From a bacterium (GTDB lineage: Bacteria; Patescibacteriota; Microgenomatia; Daviesbacterales; UBA10151), in NCBI GenBank assembly GCA_021786105.1, contig JAJYNW010000005.1, positions 1 to 64,000 of the forward strand: a stretch of 64,000 bases of DNA. The letters run 5' to 3'. The notes below the pieces were generated by a model. The model saw only the letters and a program-made list of their open reading frames with translations. It was not told the origin of the DNA and ran no database searches. The translations under genes were made by a program, and so were the position numbers. Of the stretch, positions 59,207 through 64,000 are shown one piece after another. The number at the start of each line of letters is the position of its first letter. The stretch's first letter is position 1.

Positions 59207-60858
59207 ACCTAATAAAAAAAATTACCTGGGTTTTTTTAATAATTTTGGTTTCCATACCGGCGTTATTACCTTTAACTAGGCAAGGATTCTTCCCTACCCA
59301 AGATTTTATTCATGTAGCCAGAATCTACGAGATGGACAAGGCTTTAAAGATAGGCCAGTTTCCAGTCAGGTGGGTTCCTGATTTTCGCTATGGTGAGCCA
59401 ACCTTTGATTTTTATGCCCCGCTCCCATTCTATCTAGGATCATTAATTCACAACCTGAACTTTAGTTTCCTGGATACAACCAAAATTCTTTTCGGTTTAA
59501 GTTTCCTGCTCTCCGGTTTGGCGATGTACCTCCTGTCAAAGGAATTTTTCGGAAAGGTCGGTGGACTTATCTCAGCAACTTTATATATTTATGCGCCGTA
59601 TCATTCCGTAGATATCTATGTTCGGGGAGCCTTATCAGAATCACTCGCGCTAATATTTTTCCCGCTAATTTTTTTAACTGCATTCAGACTAACAAAAGAA
59701 GTTAATACTAAAAATATTGCCTTGACTGCACTATCTTTTGGCGGGCTTTTCCTGACACACAACGTTATGACTGTGCTTTTCACCCCTTTTGCTTTGGGCT
59801 GGTTAGCATTTTTGGTTTGGAGGGAGAGGAACTTAAAGTTAATAAAACCTTTTGGAGTTTCACTTTTGCTTGGCGCAGGCCTTGCCGCAACATTTATGCT
59901 GCCGGCATTTTTTGAAAAGAATTTAGTCCAGTCGGATAAGATGATTACCGGATACTTTGATTATCGCGGCCATTTCGTGGAAATTAAACAGTTCTTTTCG
60001 ACATTTTGGGGATATGGGGCATCTTTGTGGGGTCCTGAAGACGGTATGTCTTTTCAGGTGGGGCTTGTCCATTGGGCCGTTTTTGGTTTGTCCCTTATTA
60101 CCTCTTTTGTATTCTTTAAAAACAAAAAACAACTCTACTTAATTTTGGCTTTGGCTGCAGCCTTCTTGTTTTCATTATTTATGCAGCACAATAAGTCCAC
60201 CCCTATCTGGACCCACCTTTCACTTTTGGCTTACACCCAATTTCCCTGGAGGTTCTTGGGAATTTCGATATTCCTGGTTTCTTTTATTGGTGGGGTATTA
60301 GGAACTGTCTTTAAAAAGAAGTTGGTTATCCTGGCGTTAGTCTTAATCGTTGCAACTGTTTACTTTAATATAAACTTTTTCCACCCGGAGTCATATTATT
60401 TGGATTCCATAGATGCTCATTATGTAGGCCCGGAAGTTTTGGCAAATGGTGATAAATTACCGAAGGATTATTTACCTATTTGGGTTCAGGATTTACAGAG
60501 AGACAGGATTATATTCCCCCATACAGTAGGAGGGGAGGCAATAATTTCTAATTATCAAAATAATTCAACTTCCGCGCAGTTTCAGGCAAAAGTAACCAAA
60601 GATGCGGACATTGAAGTACCTTTAACCTACTTTCCAGGATGGCAAGCTTCAGCAAACAATAAACCAGTCAATCTTGAAACTCCGGATAAATATGGGTTGA
60701 TTAGAATAAAATTGACACCAGGAGACTACAATGTAAAATTAACGTTCTTGGATACTCCAATAAGAAGTTTTGGCAATGCCTTATCCATTGTCTCTCTTGT
60801 GACAATTATCGGCTTGCTGGCTATGAAAAAGTTTAAATTTAAACCATGGTTAACCTAA
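59203..60858 (+). CDS. PTPS-related/YfhO-like GT-C membrane protein
   Basis: H..RI, PVRW, FYAPL, YAPYH, RGAL.E, QFPWRF, YFPGW. Confidence 0.8.
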   Translation: MNLIKKITWVFLIILVSIPALLPLTRQGFFPTQDFIHVARIYEMDKALKIGQFPVRWVPDFRYGEPTFDFYAPLPFYLGSLIHNLNFSFLDTTKILFGLSFLLSGLAMYLLSKEFFGKVGGLISATLYIYAPYHSVDIYVRGALSESLALIFFPLIFLTAFRLTKEVNTKNIALTALSFGGLFLTHNVMTVLFTPFALGWLAFLVWRERNLKLIKPFGVSLLLGAGLAATFMLPAFFEKNLVQSDKMITGYFDYRGHFVEIKQFFSTFWGYGASLWGPEDGMSFQVGLVHWAVFGLSLITSFVFFKNKKQLYLILALAAAFLFSLFMQHNKSTPIWTHLSLLAYTQFPWRFLGISIFLVSFIGGVLGTVFKKKLVILALVLIVATVYFNINFFHPESYYLDSIDAHYVGPEVLANGDKLPKDYLPIWVQDLQRDRIIFPHTVGGEAIISNYQNNSTSAQFQAKVTKDADIEVPLTYFPGWQASANNKPVNLETPDKYGLIRIKLTPGDYNVKLTFLDTPIRSFGNALSIVSLVTIIGLLAMKKFKFKPWLT

Positions 60859-62570
60859 AGTTGTGGATCAAAAATAATTGGACCTTCCTTTTGGGGCTAA
60901 TTCTGACATTAGCCCTGCTTTGGCCCCTCTTTCAGGCTCCTTATTTCTCACAACATGACGATGTTCAGACTATCCGGCTTTATGAAATGGATAAATGCTT
61001 CAAGGATGGCCAGATTCCCTGCCGCTGGGTTCCTGACTTGGGAGGATTATACGGATACCCGCTGTTTAATTACTATGCGCCTCTCCCATATTACTATGGG
61101 GAAATATTTTATTCACTAACCCACAGTTTGCTTTTCTCTGCCAAATTAATGTTCGTCACCGCTTTTGTCGGTTCTTTCATCTTCATGTTTCTTCTTGCAA
61201 GAAAGTTGTGGGGGGGTTATGGAGCCCTAATTTCGGGAGTGTTTTATGCCTATGCTCCTTATCATGCTGTTGATTTTTATGTCCGAGGAGCAATGGAAGA
61301 AATGTGGGCCTTAATGCTTTTTCCGGCAATTCTTTGGGCGCTATTCCGTTTAAAGGAATCGACACGGATTTATAACGTCATGCTCCTTGGCTTGTTTTTA
61401 GCCTTGTTAATGCTTTCGCATAATTTAAGTGCCATGATTTTTCTGCCAATTATCTTCACCTTAGTGGTGTTTTTTATGTGGCAAAAAAGGGATTTTAGGC
61501 TTTTAAAACTTGTTGTCCTTTCGGGAGTATTAGCATTTCTTCTTTCGGCTTTTTATTTTTTACCAATGGTAGCAGAGAAAAATTTGGTGCATGTTGAAAC
61601 AACAGTTGAGGGTTATTTTTCCTATACTGAACATTTCAAAGGTTTATATAAACTTTTCATTCAGCGGAATTGGGGTTGGGGTGCATCAGTGAGGGAAGTT
61701 CCTGGTGGGGAAAAAGACGGAATGTCTTTTCAGATAGGATGGGTTCATCTTTTAGGATGGTTCCTGGCTTTGGCTACTGCTGCCTATCTCTGGAAAAAGG
61801 ATAGACCTAAGAGTCTCCTCTTGGTTATGTTCTCGCTTTTTACGGTTGCTAGTGTATTTATGATTCATCCACGATCAGAATTCATTTGGAAGTTAATTGA
61901 CCCCCTTAAATATTTACAATTTCCCTGGAGATTCTTGATGTTAATTATCTTTTTTGTGTCTTTGATGTCAGGGAGTATTTTTGTTTGGTTGAGCAAGAAA
62001 AAAGCAATTCTGCTCCTTTCGGGGCTGATTATTTTGGTGGTTGCGGCAAACTTTACCTATTTCCGGCCTGAAAAATTTATTCAAGTGACTGACCAGCAAC
62101 TTTTAACTGGTAAAAATTGGGATACGGAAATTAAGCGTTCGATATTTGATTTCCTGCCGATTTACGCCCAAGAGCCGCCGGCAGAATTGGCCACAACCAG
62201 GTATCAAGTTGTTGTGGGTAATGCTAAGGTAACCAACTTCAAAGAAGGGACTAATTGGTTTAACTTTAATGCCAACATTGATACCCACACCATACTCTTG
62301 TTGTCCCAATATTATTTCCCTAATTGGAAAGTTTATGTTGATGGTCAAGAAGTAAAAGTGGAGTACAAGAATAACCATCTTGGTTTAATGAGTTTGATTA
62401 TTGGGCCGGGAAACCATTATATTTCAGGGAAGCTTGAGAATACCACCATCCGCTCTGCCGGCAATTTGATTAGCCTTGGAGGGGTATTAATTTTCTTATT
62501 ATTAATACCAACTCAGATTCCCAGTACAAGAAGGTGGCTTACTTACTATTTGAAAGCATTATATAGGTAG
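60846..62570 (+). CDS. PTPS-related/YfhO-like GT-C membrane protein, paralog of the upstream gene
   Basis: PCRW, YYAPL, YAPYH, RGAM.E, QFPWRF, YFPNW. Confidence 0.8.
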   Translation: MVNLKLWIKNNWTFLLGLILTLALLWPLFQAPYFSQHDDVQTIRLYEMDKCFKDGQIPCRWVPDLGGLYGYPLFNYYAPLPYYYGEIFYSLTHSLLFSAKLMFVTAFVGSFIFMFLLARKLWGGYGALISGVFYAYAPYHAVDFYVRGAMEEMWALMLFPAILWALFRLKESTRIYNVMLLGLFLALLMLSHNLSAMIFLPIIFTLVVFFMWQKRDFRLLKLVVLSGVLAFLLSAFYFLPMVAEKNLVHVETTVEGYFSYTEHFKGLYKLFIQRNWGWGASVREVPGGEKDGMSFQIGWVHLLGWFLALATAAYLWKKDRPKSLLLVMFSLFTVASVFMIHPRSEFIWKLIDPLKYLQFPWRFLMLIIFFVSLMSGSIFVWLSKKKAILLLSGLIILVVAANFTYFRPEKFIQVTDQQLLTGKNWDTEIKRSIFDFLPIYAQEPPAELATTRYQVVVGNAKVTNFKEGTNWFNFNANIDTHTILLLSQYYFPNWKVYVDGQEVKVEYKNNHLGLMSLIIGPGNHYISGKLENTTIRSAGNLISLGGVLIFLLLIPTQIPSTRRWLTYYLKALYR

Positions 62571-62577
62571 ACTATAA

Positions 62578-62740
62578 CCGCTTTGCCAGAACAGTGCATT
62601 TAAATTCTGAGTAAATTTGGCAAAGATAAGCGGAGCTTGCGACCTTCGGTCTAATGGTTTCAAACTTCCGCAGTTTAATGCTAGCAAAGCGGATGTAAAC
62701 TTGAAAGGAGAAAATGCAGACTTTCGGTCTGCGGAAGTTT
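62578..62740 (+). other. Structured leader or palindromic element upstream of the flippase
   Basis: Several overlapping inverted repeats of 6-12 bp (see findings). Confidence 0.55.
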
Positions 62741-64000
62741 ATGGAAGACATTAATGCGGATGAGCACTTGGATGCTACAGGTGAAATTACAATCGAAACG
62801 GTTAAAAAAAGAGCAGTTGGCGGAATAGCTGCTTTAACCGGGAGAACAATATTTTTTCAGGGTGTAACCCTTATCGCCACTTTCTTTCTGACTGTTTTTT
62901 TAAATCCCGGCCAGTATGGTGTGTTTTATATTGTTTCGGCGGTAGTAGGATTTTTTGCCAAATTTGATATGGGTTTGGCTGCAGCGTTAGTCCAAAAGAA
63001 GGATCACCCTGCACCGCAAGACTTAAAAACTGCATTTACGATCCAAAACTCGATAGTGCTCACTTTTGTTATCCTTATTTTTCTGACTACTCCTTTTATC
63101 TCTAGTTGGCAGCACCTAAACCAAGAAAGCACTTATTTGCTTTGGGCTTTAGCTTTGGGGTTATTAATAGCATCTTTAAAAAGTATTCCCTCAACTCTTT
63201 TAGAAAGAGAATTGAATTTCAGCAGATATGTTATTCCTCAAATGGTGGAACAGTTATTGTTCTATACAGTGGCAGTATTTCTGGCTTGGCGGGGTTTAGG
63301 GGTAACCAGCTACACCGTTGCTGTATTGGTAAGCGGAGTATCGGGACTAATCTTGATTTATATTTTGCGTCCCTGGAAACCCGGGATTGCTTGGGATGGA
63401 AAATCTTTTAGGAATTTGCTTCGTTATGGGATACCTTACCAATTTAATACCATTTTGGCTTCAATTAAGGATGATGGCATGACTCTGGTATTGGGTGGAA
63501 TCTTAGGGTCAGCGAATTACGGCTTGTTAGTTTGGGCCAAAAAGTGGGCTGAAGCTCCCCTCCGGTTCTTTATGGACCAGGTCATTAAGGTGACATTTCC
63601 AGCCTATTCCCGGATGCAAGACAACCAGGAAGAGCTTTCAAAAGCTGTAACAAAATCCTTGTTATTCATTTGTCTTTTGGTTTTTCCGGCGTTGGCTGGA
63701 TTAGTCATCCTGGCTCCTTCTTTAGTTAATCTAATTCCCCGATATGGGAAGTGGGAACCTGCATTATTTGCCCTGGCGCTAATTTCCATAAACTCAGCTT
63801 GGGCAGCAATAACTACTCCTTTAACTAATGTGCTGATGGCTATCGGGAAAATAAAAACTACTTCCCGCTTGATGGTCATGTGGACAGTACTTACTTGGGT
63901 ACTTTTCCCGCTGCTTGCTTATCTTTACGGAATAAACGGGGTAGCGTGGGGTTATGTTGTGGTAGGATGCAGCTCGCTGGTTGCTGTTCTGGTTGCTTTG
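62741..64000 (+). CDS. wzx: Wzx/MOP-family oligosaccharide flippase, truncated by the window edge (absent from the ORF track)
   Basis: Translated by hand: MEDINADEHLD...VKKRAVGG...L.P.QYG...DMGLAAALVQ; downstream sequence reads as LLERELNF and VTFPAYSRMQ; alternative in-frame ATG at 62714. Confidence 0.88.
   Translation, partial: MEDINADEHLDATGEITIETVKKRAVGGIAALTGRTIFFQGVTLIATFFLTVFLNPGQYGVFYIVSAVVGFFAKFDMGLAAALVQKKDHPAPQDLKTAFTIQNSIVLTFVILIFLTTPFISSWQHLNQESTYLLWALALGLLIASLKSIPSTLLERELNFSRYVIPQMVEQLLFYTVAVFLAWRGLGVTSYTVAVLVSGVSGLILIYILRPWKPGIAWDGKSFRNLLRYGIPYQFNTILASIKDDGMTLVLGGILGSANYGLLVWAKKWAEAPLRFFMDQVIKVTFPAYSRMQDNQEELSKAVTKSLLFICLLVFPALAGLVILAPSLVNLIPRYGKWEPALFALALISINSAWAAITTPLTNVLMAIGKIKTTSRLMVMWTVLTWVLFPLLAYLYGINGVAWGYVVVGCSSLVAVLVAL

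Noticed and set aside
83-63879. Numerous short antisense or alternate-frame ORFs in the track (e.g. 1420-1944, 7290-7865, 18840-19397, 35666-36178, 57021-57614, 63106-63411)
   Set aside because: They lie inside well-supported genes, lack motifs and read as shadow frames
1-64000. CRISPR array, integrase, transposase or prophage genes
   Set aside because: No regularly spaced repeat-spacer array and no recognisable recombinase, cas or phage ORFs; the 20-bp repeat at 9731 has only two adjacent units and no spacer
1-64000. Alternative genetic code (TGA as Gly, as in Gracilibacteria/Absconditabacteria)
   Set aside because: Conserved genes are full length under code 11, several end in TGA, and RF2 is present

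Overview
A gene-dense 64 kb chromosomal segment, read with the standard bacterial code, from a small-genome bacterium. Gene content, short intergenic spacers, the half-length TsaB and the many Ser/Thr/Pro-rich surface proteins suggest Patescibacteria/CPR, Microgenomates-like; this taxonomy is inference. In order: a copper-efflux cluster; pfkB/fba; an ABC transporter with no binding protein; L,D- and D,D-peptidases; a large membrane-anchored lipase/acyltransferase; cyclophilin; nrdR-nrdJ-btuR with NrdR boxes; CIRCE-preceded lon; hppA; tRNA-Glu(CTC); greA, two DPP-III/M49-like paralogs, lysS, an HD protein and serS; ugd/galE; secA; tsaE; prfB-ftsEX with two coiled-coil hydrolases; tsaB; and a 16 kb rml/gmd/GT2/GT-C/wzx glycosylation cluster. 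I found no CRISPR array, integrase, transposase, rRNA or prophage. Best leads: (1) an FtsEX module with two effectors sharing a near-identical coiled-coil stalk but carrying different catalytic heads, one a circularly permuted M23 peptidase; (2) a tRNA-Glu gene bracketed by duplications of both its 5' and 3' ends; (3) a tandem pair of one apparently active and one apparently inactive M49 peptidase; (4) a recurrent [VI][LA]G-x-[STQ]-[ST] linker motif in exported proteins, a candidate sorting, processing or glycosylation signal; (5) a ~160 nt leader with mutually exclusive helices upstream of the flippase, set against largely leaderless gene starts. All family calls come from motif recognition by eye; no searches were run.
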